From Oceanihabitans sp. (GTDB taxonomy: Bacteria; Bacteroidota; Bacteroidia; Flavobacteriales; Flavobacteriaceae): a DNA stretch of 58,727 nucleotides. Where the stretch lies: NCBI GenBank assembly GCA_049614585.1, contig JBMZDY010000001.1:1-58727 (forward strand). Reading direction: 5' to 3'. This document shows, in pieces, positions 1-8,869 of this stretch (positions within the stretch are counted from its first letter, which is position 1; each line of letters starts with the position of its first letter). The notes beneath the pieces are model-generated. The model had not been told where the DNA came from, made no database searches, and was given only the letters and a program-made list of their open reading frames with translations. The translations under genes and the position numbers were made by a program.

Positions 1-906
1 TAATGCTAAAAAAATTACAATTACGGTATGAAAACCCCAAAGCGGAGACATGCCAATAAAAATACCAAGCGCTATTGATAATGCTTTTTTTCTAGGCGAA
101 TCGAAACTACCTAAAACTTCTTCGGTTAAAAATCGCTTAATGCCTTTTTTTTTTAATCGTCTAAAGGCGTCTCTTGGTTTAATATAGAAAATAGCTATTA
201 GTACCAAGTAGGTATTAAGAATACTAATTCTGGAAAAATCTTTAAATGGCCTAAAATGAGAAACTCTTTCGCTTTCATCGTATAGTACTTGAATAGGAAT
301 GTTTTTTACAGCAACTCCTGCCCAAGCAGCTTTTACTATGGTTTCTATTTCAAATTCAAATTTATTAGTATAGAAGTTAAGCTTATCTAGAGCGGTTAAA
401 GGATACATTCTAAATCCAGATTGTGTATCTGTAAGTTTAATTCCTGTTTCAAACCAAAACCAAAAGTTTGAAAATTTATTTCCAAAGCTACTTTTTCCAG
501 GAACACTTTCATGACTCATGTTTCGTGCTCCAATAAGCAAAAGGTTTTTGTTTGTAGATTGCTCTAGTGTTTCTATAAAGCTTGGTATATCTTCTGGAAA
601 ATGTTGCCCATCGGAGTCTATTGTTATCGCATATTTATAACCCAATGCAAATGCTTTTTTAAAACCTACTCGCAATGCATTGCCTTTTCCTTTATTTATT
701 GGTACGTGTATTTGCTCTAGTTGCGTGTAATTTTCAAGAATTTTTGCAGTACTATCTGTAGATCCATCATTTATTATAATAATGTTTTTGGTTTGTTTTA
801 TAACACCATCTATAACCCGTTTTAATGTACGTTGGTTGTTGTATGTTGGTATTAACACACAAATTTTACTGGTATCTATTTTGGCTTTTAAAACTGCTTC
901 TGTCAC
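1..906 (-). CDS. Glycosyltransferase family 2 fused to a DUF2062-like membrane domain (3' end runs off the window)
   Basis: Not in the ORF track. Translated by hand from GTG at 906: MTEAVLKAKIDTSKICVLIPTYNN...IINDGSTD...NKGKGNAL...ITIDSDGQH...DTQSGFRMYP, which are GT2 motifs. A hydrophobic segment follows (SIALGIFIGMSPLWGFHT) and the frame stays open to base 1. Confidence 0.9.
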   Translation of the reverse strand, partial: MTEAVLKAKIDTSKICVLIPTYNNQRTLKRVIDGVIKQTKNIIIINDGSTDSTAKILENYTQLEQIHVPINKGKGNALRVGFKKAFALGYKYAITIDSDGQHFPEDIPSFIETLEQSTNKNLLLIGARNMSHESVPGKSSFGNKFSNFWFWFETGIKLTDTQSGFRMYPLTALDKLNFYTNKFEFEIETIVKAAWAGVAVKNIPIQVLYDESERVSHFRPFKDFSRISILNTYLVLIAIFYIKPRDAFRRLKKKGIKRFLTEEVLGSFDSPRKKALSIALGIFIGMSPLWGFHTVIVIFLAL

Positions 907-925
907 GCAAGAAAGGATTTTCTTT

Positions 926-1417
926 TTATGACTTCGAAATTACTGATTTTTCTTCATCGCTAAAAGCTTTAGACTGCAAAATATATGCTTTTAGGTATTT
1001 TTTAAGTGAAGTATTTTTTATTAGCGGAAATTGCTTGTAAATAAACTGTTTATCTTCGGTAATGTTTTCCTTGTATTTAAGGAGTTTTGGCGTGTTTTCT
1101 TGAATGCTTAAACGCACAAATCGAGCTTCTATATTGTTTGGTGTTTTTTTAATTGCGTATTCTACTAAAGCAATTCCTTTTAAAAAACCAGATTTTTTTT
1201 CTTTTATGGTTTTAGCTTTTCTTGCAACTAATGCTATTGAAGCGCCTTTGTAAGCAACTAGTTCTGGCTTACTACTTTTTGAAACTAGCGATAATTGCTT
1301 ATTAAATTGTACAACTTTAGATTTATCTTGAACCGTTTCTTTATAGGCAATGCGTATTTGTTGCAAATCTATAGACTGCAAGCTTATTACTGTAAAAAGA
1401 AAAATAAAAAGTTTCAT
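926..1417 (-). CDS. Secreted hypothetical protein, possibly helical/TPR-like
   Basis: 163-aa ORF with an N-terminal signal peptide (MKLFIFLFTVISLQS), co-oriented within the pigment operon. Confidence 0.7.
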   Translation of the reverse strand: MKLFIFLFTVISLQSIDLQQIRIAYKETVQDKSKVVQFNKQLSLVSKSSKPELVAYKGASIALVARKAKTIKEKKSGFLKGIALVEYAIKKTPNNIEARFVRLSIQENTPKLLKYKENITEDKQFIYKQFPLIKNTSLKKYLKAYILQSKAFSDEEKSVISKS

Positions 1418-1437
1418 TTTTAATGTATAAAAAACGC

Positions 1438-1806
1438 TTATGGTATAATTTTAAAATTAGTAGACAACTTTAATGCCAAAGTATCTAGAAAATGGGTTGT
1501 GTTTTTTACTTTAAAACCATCTTCGGTTTTTTGTATGTCTAGTTTTAGTACTAAATCTGGCGTTTTTTCGGGATTAATAATAGCCATAAATTTAATATTA
1601 CTAGACGATTGCATAAAAAGATTTTCGCCAACAACTTCTTGGGTTAGTTCTTTTATTATTTGCATCATGCAAACACCAGGAGTAACTGGGTTTCCTGGAA
1701 AATGACCTTTAAAAATTGCATGATCTTTATTAATAGTAATATTAGCTGTTGCCATATTATTGGCAACAGCTAGGTTGTTAATTGTATAAAAGTCTTTTAA
1801 TTGCAT
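1438..1806 (-). CDS. Hot-dog fold 3-hydroxyacyl-ACP dehydratase (FabA/FabZ, ApeI-like)
   Basis: FKGHFPGNPVTPGV motif. Confidence 0.88.
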   Translation of the reverse strand: MQLKDFYTINNLAVANNMATANITINKDHAIFKGHFPGNPVTPGVCMMQIIKELTQEVVGENLFMQSSSNIKFMAIINPEKTPDLVLKLDIQKTEDGFKVKNTTHFLDTLALKLSTNFKIIP

Positions 1807-1840
1807 GGTGTATTGTTTAGTATAACTACAAATTATAATA

Positions 1841-2461
1841 TTAAAAATTAAACTTGTAATATACGTTAAACTGAAATACTGAATTTAATAAATTATCGTC
1901 AAAATAATCTTCGAAATCTGGATCGTCATCATCGTCTCCAAAGCTTTCGTTATAATCTTTTCTTACATCAATTATACCGTGTTAGTATCTTGCTTCAAGC
2001 CCTAAACCAAAAGGAAACTCGTAACCAATACCACCAAATAAAGAAAAATCTATTGGCGTAATATCGTCATCGTTAGAATCGTCTCCTATATTAATTTCTA
2101 CAGTTGGTCCTAATAATACATGAATTCCTGTATTAGGAACAATAAAAAATTTGTTTGTTATTGCTAAACCTAAGTAATTTACCGAAAACTCATCGCCTTT
2201 AATTGTGCTTCCTGCAATGGTAAAATCGTCTTGTTTAAAACCTTGATTGCTATACGTGATTTCTGGTTGTAGCTCGTAAAAACGCGCAAAATGTACATTG
2301 GCAAAAAGTGCCGCGTTAACACCTAATTTTCTAGAAGTATTTTCGGTGTTTGTGTAAGTAGCCGAGTTAAGCCCTACACGAAAACCAGGACGAATTTTTA
2401 CTTGTGCAAATGTGCTTGTGCCAATAGCTAAAAATACAATGGCTAATACTAATTTTTTCAT
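1841..2461 (-). pseudogene. Outer-membrane beta-barrel (porin/PorT-like) gene interrupted by an in-frame TAA at 1982-1984
   Basis: Signal peptide and amphipathic strands up to GLGLEARY, then TAA. The same frame continues for 46 codons (HGIIDVRKD...NLLNSVFQFNVYYKFNF) to a TAA at 1841-1843 and ends in a typical aromatic beta-signal. Confidence 0.8.
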
Positions 2462-2464
2462 TTT

Positions 2465-3061
2465 TTAAATGGCTTTTAAATTTATTTTTAATTTTATATT
2501 TGAATGTATTATTTGAATATCTTCTGCAAAATTATTACTTATTTTACGAAACAAAAACTTTGTTTTTTCTTTTCTACCATTGGTTTTTACAATTTTAAAA
2601 AGCGTATTGGTTTTATAATAATACGTGTTATATAAACTAGTCTCGAAAATGGTTAAATTGTTACTATTAAAGGTGTCAATTATTTTTGGCGATTCTGTAA
2701 TTAGAATTTTAAAATCTTTTTCTAAAATATTAATGAGCATTTTTTTGTTTAGCTTTTCTATTATATAATTTACTTTAAAATTATTTTTATGAAAAGAAAA
2801 ATCGAATAGCTTATTTCCCATTTCGGTAGTAAAAGCAATGCGATGTTTTTGTGCTCCTGTTTTTTTAATAATTAATAAGCCTCCAAAAGTATTGCCGTAA
2901 ACTTCAATGTTTGCTTTGTATACATAATCTTTTTTTAAATTCGAAAAATATGGGTTATGTAAAACCTCTACATTATTTGTTTTTCGAAACTTGTTTTTTA
3001 CGGGATAACTAGCACAACTACATAATAATAGTAGTAAACTAATGCTTAAAAACTGTTTCAT
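2465..3061 (-). CDS. Lipoprotein of unknown function, possible LolB-like partner
   Basis: Lipobox LLCSC; beta-rich body; overlaps the end of the LolA-like gene. Confidence 0.65.
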   Translation of the reverse strand: MKQFLSISLLLLLCSCASYPVKNKFRKTNNVEVLHNPYFSNLKKDYVYKANIEVYGNTFGGLLIIKKTGAQKHRIAFTTEMGNKLFDFSFHKNNFKVNYIIEKLNKKMLINILEKDFKILITESPKIIDTFNSNNLTIFETSLYNTYYYKTNTLFKIVKTNGRKEKTKFLFRKISNNFAEDIQIIHSNIKLKINLKAI

Positions 3062-3665
3062 TGATAGGTTGGTTTAGCACTTTGTTTAAAAACACTATTT
3101 TGGTATAGTCTTGCGAAGGCTCGATCATTTTTACCATAATAACATCGCCTTTTGTATTAAATGTAATATGAAAAGTTTGTATAAATTTTGCTAATTTTTT
3201 GTCTTTAGGACTAAAATAAACAATGTTGTTTTCTCCTTCTTTGAAGAATTCCATATTAAATTCATCTGCATTAAAAAGATCGCCTTTTATGCTTCCAATA
3301 ATTAAATGGTTAAGCTGTTTAAACATTTTGCTTTTACCAACATTAACATCGCTTTTTTTACCTTCGTCGTTTATGTACAATTTTTCGTTTTTAAATAATA
3401 CCGAATATTTAAAAGGTTTTACATATTCCCATTTTACAACATCTGGTGATTTAAAAGCTAAGTTTCCCGAAGTTTCAATATCGTTTTCTAGAAAATCAAG
3501 ATGTTTATATTGTACAAAACTACTGGTTATTGTTTGGGTAGTATTAGCTAAAGCTTTCACTTTTGATTTTAAAGTTGCAGCTTCTGTTGCACTCATTTTG
3601 GTTTGTGCTTGGGTTGTAAAAACCAAAAAAAATAAAAAATAAAATACTTTATACATAAGCTTCAA
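3039..3665 (-). CDS. LolA-like periplasmic lipid/lipoprotein carrier
   Basis: Signal peptide; SSFVQYKHL...SGNLAFKSPDVVKWEYVKP and EPSQDYTKIVF...NQPINETVF match the LolA pattern. Confidence 0.85.
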   Translation of the reverse strand: MKLMYKVFYFLFFLVFTTQAQTKMSATEAATLKSKVKALANTTQTITSSFVQYKHLDFLENDIETSGNLAFKSPDVVKWEYVKPFKYSVLFKNEKLYINDEGKKSDVNVGKSKMFKQLNHLIIGSIKGDLFNADEFNMEFFKEGENNIVYFSPKDKKLAKFIQTFHITFNTKGDVIMVKMIEPSQDYTKIVFLNKVLNQPINETVFKH

Positions 3666-4425
3666 TATTAAATAAAGTGTCTATAGTTACCGACTCTATT
3701 TTTTGTTGTTGTAAAAATAACAATAACTGTTCCAAAACAGCAATACTTTTAGCACTTGTATCGTGTAACAAAATAACATCGCCTTTTTTTAAGTTTTTAG
3801 TTATTCGGTTTAATATTGTTTTTTGGTTTAAATTTGTGGTGTCTAAAGAGCGCTTATTCCAGCCAATAGCTTTTAATTTGGTAGCTTTTAGTGCACGTTT
3901 AATTCTTGGGTTTGTAACACCAAATGCAGGTCGAAATAATTTTAACTTTAAATTGGTTTGCGCTTCTATAATTTTATTAGTTAGTTGTAAATCTGAAATT
4001 ACTTTTTTGGTTTTATAAAAACCATAACTATTTGCGTGCGAATAGGTATGGTTACCAATGCTGTGATTTTCTTTTAATATTGCTTTTATAATATTCGGGT
4101 GTTTTTCTACCTGTTTACCAATGCAAAAAAAGGTTGCCTTTGCGTTGTATTTATTTAAAAGGGTTAATACTTGAGGTGTAAACTCTGGGTTTGGCCCATC
4201 GTCGAAAGTAATAGCAACTTGGTTTTTAGTTGTTTTAGAATTATAATTAAGCGATTTAATATAGTAGTTCCATTGTATATTAAAAGAACCAATAGTAGTT
4301 ATGCATAACCAAAAACCACCTAGAATAAGGTAAGGTAAAATGGTAAATCCATAAAAATATTCAACTATACTAATCGCTACTAATACTCCAATACAAATGC
4401 TATTTATGGACTTGAAATTTAGCAT
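3649..4425 (-). CDS. Membrane-anchored polysaccharide deacetylase (NodB/CE4)
   Basis: TFDDGP, GNHTYSH, FRPAFG and ILLHD motifs; two N-terminal hydrophobic helices. Confidence 0.92.
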   Translation of the reverse strand: MLNFKSINSICIGVLVAISIVEYFYGFTILPYLILGGFWLCITTIGSFNIQWNYYIKSLNYNSKTTKNQVAITFDDGPNPEFTPQVLTLLNKYNAKATFFCIGKQVEKHPNIIKAILKENHSIGNHTYSHANSYGFYKTKKVISDLQLTNKIIEAQTNLKLKLFRPAFGVTNPRIKRALKATKLKAIGWNKRSLDTTNLNQKTILNRITKNLKKGDVILLHDTSAKSIAVLEQLLLFLQQQKIESVTIDTLFNIEAYV

Positions 4426-5483
4426 TTTTTAATTAATGTGAAACTATGGTTTTCGCCACGATATTGGTTATACAATAATATAGTATTGTAAGGTTTTGTA
4501 GTTGCTTGATTGTATTTTACTGCAGTAGGAATTTCTTGTTTTTTTAATATTTTATTTGCCAACCAAAACCCAAAACCCGAAGCAGTATGGAATTCTCCAG
4601 AAATAGGTTTGTAAGTTATTTGTGGTATGTTAGAAAATGTTTCCTTGCTTAATTTTGTATAATACTTATCGAAATCTATATCTCCATTATTTCCTAATAC
4701 CAAAGCATCTATATCTTCTATTGCTAAATTATTTGTTTTTAAAAATTGTAAAGCTTCTATAGTTACTGCATCTTCGGCAAGCGTATTTAGCATTTTTATA
4801 GCTACAATTTGCGCATAGGTAGACTCTTGTTTTTGGTTAGAAAGTACAAAGAAATTTGCTCCTTCGCCATAAACAGCTCCTTTGGTGTTAGAAGCAAGTA
4901 CTTGAGAGGTAAGTACAGGCTCTTTTTTTACATAACCTGCTTTTTTATGAATACTAGTAGTATAGTCGCCCAATTCGTCTACTCCACCAATTAATATGTT
5001 ATTTTCTTCTTGGTTTTCTAACATTAATTTAGCGTCTAGCAAAGCCGATTCGAAAGAATTACTAGCATGTACATAAGTAAAATTATAACCTTTACATTGC
5101 AATTCTAACGCAATTTGACCACCAACAGTATTGTGTGTAGATTGAATAAATGCAGTAGGTGTTAAAAACTGCTCGTCGTTTTCTATTATGGCATTTAAAA
5201 ATTTTTCAGAATCTCGAACACATCCCATTCCAGTTCCAGTAATAACAGCATCTATAGATTCTAATCCTGCTTCTGCTAAAGCATTTTTAGAAGCGACAAC
5301 TCCCATTTTTATTCCTTTTGCCATTCGCCTTGCAGCTGCTGGAGGAATATATTCTTTATAATTAGGATTAATTACTGGCAATACATTTTCGTTATAATCA
5401 ATAATTTCTTCTAAAAAGGAATCCTTTTCAAAAGTATTTTGAGCAGAAATGGAAGCGATGCTATTGATGTATACTTTTTTCAT
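4419..5483 (-). CDS. Ketosynthase-like chain-length factor (non-catalytic partner)
   Basis: KS fold (ARRM, PTAFIQSTHN, GEGA). It lacks the catalytic Cys (HASNSFES) and the HGT His (LGNNG), and lies directly downstream of an intact KS. Confidence 0.8.
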   Translation of the reverse strand: MKKVYINSIASISAQNTFEKDSFLEEIIDYNENVLPVINPNYKEYIPPAAARRMAKGIKMGVVASKNALAEAGLESIDAVITGTGMGCVRDSEKFLNAIIENDEQFLTPTAFIQSTHNTVGGQIALELQCKGYNFTYVHASNSFESALLDAKLMLENQEENNILIGGVDELGDYTTSIHKKAGYVKKEPVLTSQVLASNTKGAVYGEGANFFVLSNQKQESTYAQIVAIKMLNTLAEDAVTIEALQFLKTNNLAIEDIDALVLGNNGDIDFDKYYTKLSKETFSNIPQITYKPISGEFHTASGFGFWLANKILKKQEIPTAVKYNQATTKPYNTILLYNQYRGENHSFTLIKKC

Positions 5484-5558
5484 GATTACTACTACTAATA
5501 TAAAAAATTATTGCGGTTACTTCTCTAGCGTTAAGATTCTAGATAGGTTTAAAATATT

Positions 5559-6761
5559 TTATGCTTCTTTTGAAAAAATTACGGTAGAACAATTTCCGCC
5601 AAATCCAAAAGAATTAGACATTACAGTTTGCAAAGGCTTTTCTTTTAATTTTAACTGAGGCGTTATATTAAATTCCTTCATTTGTGTTTTAAAATTTAAA
5701 TTAGGAAAAATAACTTGATTTTGTAATGCCAATACCGAATATACTGCTTCTATTGCTCCTGCTGCTGCTAAGGTATGTCCTGTATATGCTTTGGTAGAGC
5801 TAAATTCTGGGACTTGCTCTCCAAAAACACGAATTATTGCACGCCCTTCAGACAGATCGTTATTTCCTGTTGCGGTACCATGAGCATTAATATAATCGAT
5901 ATCTTTTGGTAAATAGTTGGCTACTTGCAATGCTTTTTCCATTGCTAGGGTTGCACCATCTCCATTTTCTGACGATGCCGTTTGGTGGTAAGCATCGTTT
6001 GCATTTGCATAGCCTTTTACATAAGCAAGTACTTTTTTATTTGTGGCTTGTACTACTTTATCCGATTCTAAAACTAAAAACGCAGCTGCCTCTCCTAAGT
6101 TTAATCCTTTTCGGTTTTCATCGAAAGGCGTGTTATAGGAGTCAGATAAAATCATTAAGGTTTTAAAACCATTTATAGTAAATTTAGAAAGGCAATCTGT
6201 ACCACCAACAACTACACGTTCTAATTGTCCCGATTTTATTAACCTTGCGCCTAGCATAATGGCATTTGCCGCCGAAGAACAAGCTGTACTTATGGTTGTT
6301 ACTAAACTTTGCTCGATGCCTAATTGCTGAGCGATTTTTTGTGTAGAATCGCCAGCGTGATGTGCTTCTATATATTTCTGAACCGCTTCGTTTTCAAGGT
6401 AGTCGTAATAGTGTTTTTCGGTCATGTCCATACCACCAACACTAGTTGCAGAAATAAGCCCAGTTTTATATTTATTTATATTGGTTATTCCAGCGTTTTT
6501 AATTGCTTGTTTTGCAGCAAAAGCACCAAGTAGTGCTGTTCGTGTATAATTGTTATTACTAGATAAACCTAATTGTTGCTCTAATTCTAGATTAGTATAT
6601 TCTATTTCGCCAACCATAATATTGTTAACATGGTTGGTTTTAATTTTTGAAATTCTAGTAATTCCTTTTTTACTAGAAATAAGCGATTGGTAGTTTTCTG
6701 CTACATTGTTTCCAATAGCAGAGATAATACCCATTCCTGTTATAGCAACGCCTTTACTCAT
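5559..6761 (-). CDS. Beta-ketoacyl-ACP synthase (FabF-type, polyene KS)
   Basis: STACSS, NAHGTAT, GHTLAAAG and NSFGFGG; intact Cys-His-His triad. Confidence 0.93.
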   Translation of the reverse strand: MSKGVAITGMGIISAIGNNVAENYQSLISSKKGITRISKIKTNHVNNIMVGEIEYTNLELEQQLGLSSNNNYTRTALLGAFAAKQAIKNAGITNINKYKTGLISATSVGGMDMTEKHYYDYLENEAVQKYIEAHHAGDSTQKIAQQLGIEQSLVTTISTACSSAANAIMLGARLIKSGQLERVVVGGTDCLSKFTINGFKTLMILSDSYNTPFDENRKGLNLGEAAAFLVLESDKVVQATNKKVLAYVKGYANANDAYHQTASSENGDGATLAMEKALQVANYLPKDIDYINAHGTATGNNDLSEGRAIIRVFGEQVPEFSSTKAYTGHTLAAAGAIEAVYSVLALQNQVIFPNLNFKTQMKEFNITPQLKLKEKPLQTVMSNSFGFGGNCSTVIFSKEA

Positions 6762-6765
6762 CTTT

Positions 6766-6915
6766 ATTTCCTGCGAAAGCAGAAATTTATATTAAATTAT
6801 TTTTGCCACGAATACACCAATAATTTTAAAAAAACTATCCTTGTATCTGTTATTTTTTCTCTTAAATTTTAGGACTACGCACTTTTTAAAAAGAGATTCC
6901 TGCTTTTGTAAGAAT
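6766..6915. repeat. Pair of degenerate REP-like palindromes in inverted orientation (REPIN-like remnant)
   Basis: atttcctgcgaaagcagaaat (6766-6786, + strand) and attcttacaaaagcaggaat (reverse complement of 6896-6915). Both are within 2-3 mismatches of the palindrome ATTCCTGCGAAAGCAGGAAT. Confidence 0.55.
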
Positions 6916-6918
6916 ATA

Positions 6919-7176
6919 TTATTTTGATCTATTCTCTGTAATATAGGTAGCCATTGTGTTAATAGACTCAAAAATAGTACGACCTTCCTTTGGGTCTGTT
7001 AATTTAATGCCATAGTTTTTGTCTAACATTACTATTAGTTCTAGTGCATCAATAGAGTCTAATCCTAGTCCGTCGCCAAATAGCATGTCGTCATCTGCTA
7101 TGTCTGCAACTGTCATATCTTCTAGGTTTAATTGTTCTATAATGTTTTCTTTTAATTCTTGTTTTAAAGCGTCCAT
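6919..7176 (-). CDS. Acyl carrier protein
   Basis: 85 aa, acidic, GLGLDSIDALE phosphopantetheine motif. Confidence 0.95.
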   Translation of the reverse strand: MDALKQELKENIIEQLNLEDMTVADIADDDMLFGDGLGLDSIDALELIVMLDKNYGIKLTDPKEGRTIFESINTMATYITENRSK

Positions 7177-7177
7177 A

Positions 7178-7801
7178 TTATTTATTATATAATTTTATTA
7201 TGTTTTGTTTGTTATGTGTTATATCGCCAGTTTGGTCTACTAAATATAAAAATGCTTCATAGTTTTCTGGACCATCCATTTCTACCCAAGCACAAAGTAC
7301 TTTATTTGCTTTATTTCCAGATATTAAACTATTGGAATAATTTAATAAGTGCTGTGCTTGAAAGTTTTCAAAGATAAAAAAACTATTTTCAGAATACAGC
7401 TTATATTTTATACTTATCTCTCCTAAACAAATATTAGGTAACGTGTATACAAATACTGCTGGACTAGGATAATAATTTTCTGGATCTTGAATAGCATTTT
7501 GGTGCTTTCTGTCGGTATCTAAACTAGCAGCTTTGTTAGAAAATACGAGAGCTATATTGTTTTCTTCTTCTGTATTTATGTTTTGGTCTTTAAGTAAAAT
7601 ATCTGCAGCTAAAAAGGCAAGTTTACTTAAGTTATCCATTTTAAAAAACTTAGGATATTTGGTGTTTTGCGACTTGTAAGCTGCTTTGATAAAGCTGGAA
7701 AAATCTTCATGTGTTTCATTATACAACACCGAACCATTTAAAGACACTTGATTGTGCTTTATACTGCAAAATGATTTTATGTAATATTTTGAATTCGACA
7801 T
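7178..7801 (-). CDS. Short ketosynthase N-terminal-like protein (CLF-like partner)
   Basis: FFKMDNLSKLAFLA and PSPAVFVYTLPNICLGEISI resemble the KS N-terminal domain; only 207 aa, no catalytic triad. Confidence 0.75.
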   Translation of the reverse strand: MSNSKYYIKSFCSIKHNQVSLNGSVLYNETHEDFSSFIKAAYKSQNTKYPKFFKMDNLSKLAFLAADILLKDQNINTEEENNIALVFSNKAASLDTDRKHQNAIQDPENYYPSPAVFVYTLPNICLGEISIKYKLYSENSFFIFENFQAQHLLNYSNSLISGNKANKVLCAWVEMDGPENYEAFLYLVDQTGDITHNKQNIIKLYNK

Positions 7802-7803
7802 TT

Positions 7804-8865
7804 TTATTTTTTCTTACAAACTAAAATGGTGTGGTATTCGCCAACAGCAATATCTTCTTCTAGTTTTAATCCTGCTTGGTCTATAAGTTTCATAAATACT
7901 TCTGCTGGATACATTTTAGAATTTCCGTTTGCCATTACCGTAAAATATAGCGATGTAGCTTCTAAAATAAACTTTGCGTTGCTAAATTTTTGTCTGTCGG
8001 TAAAGGTTTCCATTATTAATATTTCGCCATCGTCTTTTACAGCAGCTGCACATGCTTTTAAAATGGTTAGTATTTCTTCTTCAGAAAAACAATCTAAAAA
8101 TTGAGACATCCAAATGGTATCTGCTCCTTTAGGTAATTCTGGGTTTTTTGAAAGCCAATCTATTTCATGATGGGTAACTCGATCTTTAAATCCTGCTTTT
8201 TCTACATTCCCTAATGCAATTTTTAATTGACCAGGAAGGTCTACCATTTTAATAGAAACGCTGTCGCTGTAGGTACTACCGCTTATTGTGAATTTTCCGG
8301 TATTTGCACCAACGTCGTATATGGTTTTTGGATTGTTTCTAAAAACAGTTTCTAATGCTTCTTGAAAAACATCGTCGGAATAGTGATGGTCGAACTCAAA
8401 CCAAGACTGTTGTACTTTTGGCGTTAGTTTAGAAAGGCCTTCGTAAATGGTATTCCAATTTCCTAATTCTTTTAATCCAGAAGGTTTCCCTGTTTTTATT
8501 GCTTCTTCTAAATGAAATAAGCCTTTGTAGCAAACCTCTTGTGTAAAATTAATATTTACGTTTACGGTTTCGTTATATGCTAAAAAATATCCAATTGTAG
8601 TAAGGCTAAATTTTTTGTTTTCGTCTTGACTTACAATATTAGAGCTTTCGGCAATTTCTAAAAGTACACCTACACCATATGTGCTTAACATTAAGGATTC
8701 GGCGATTTCTTCAATTGCAATTCCGCCTTTTTTTCGGTGTTCGAAAATAAGGTCGAAAATCCCAAGATTTCGTAACGATACGGTTGCTTGAAAAACAAAT
8801 GGAGCAAATGCAATTTTTTGTGCTTCTTGAATAGCGTCTATAGCTTTAATAGAGTTGTTAGACAT
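7804..8865 (-). CDS. SAM-dependent methyltransferase with N-terminal dimerisation domain (candidate aryl-ring methylase)
   Basis: DVGANTG SAM motif, VDLP, ADTIWMSQFLDCF; O/C-methyltransferase family 2 architecture. Confidence 0.85.
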   Translation of the reverse strand: MSNNSIKAIDAIQEAQKIAFAPFVFQATVSLRNLGIFDLIFEHRKKGGIAIEEIAESLMLSTYGVGVLLEIAESSNIVSQDENKKFSLTTIGYFLAYNETVNVNINFTQEVCYKGLFHLEEAIKTGKPSGLKELGNWNTIYEGLSKLTPKVQQSWFEFDHHYSDDVFQEALETVFRNNPKTIYDVGANTGKFTISGSTYSDSVSIKMVDLPGQLKIALGNVEKAGFKDRVTHHEIDWLSKNPELPKGADTIWMSQFLDCFSEEEILTILKACAAAVKDDGEILIMETFTDRQKFSNAKFILEATSLYFTVMANGNSKMYPAEVFMKLIDQAGLKLEEDIAVGEYHTILVCKKK

Positions 8866-8869
8866 AATG

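Noticed and set aside
145-154. T10 tract in the glycosyltransferase gene as a phase-variation switch
   Set aside because: It encodes LKKK in frame, and A/T runs of 8-10 nt are common throughout this AT-rich window
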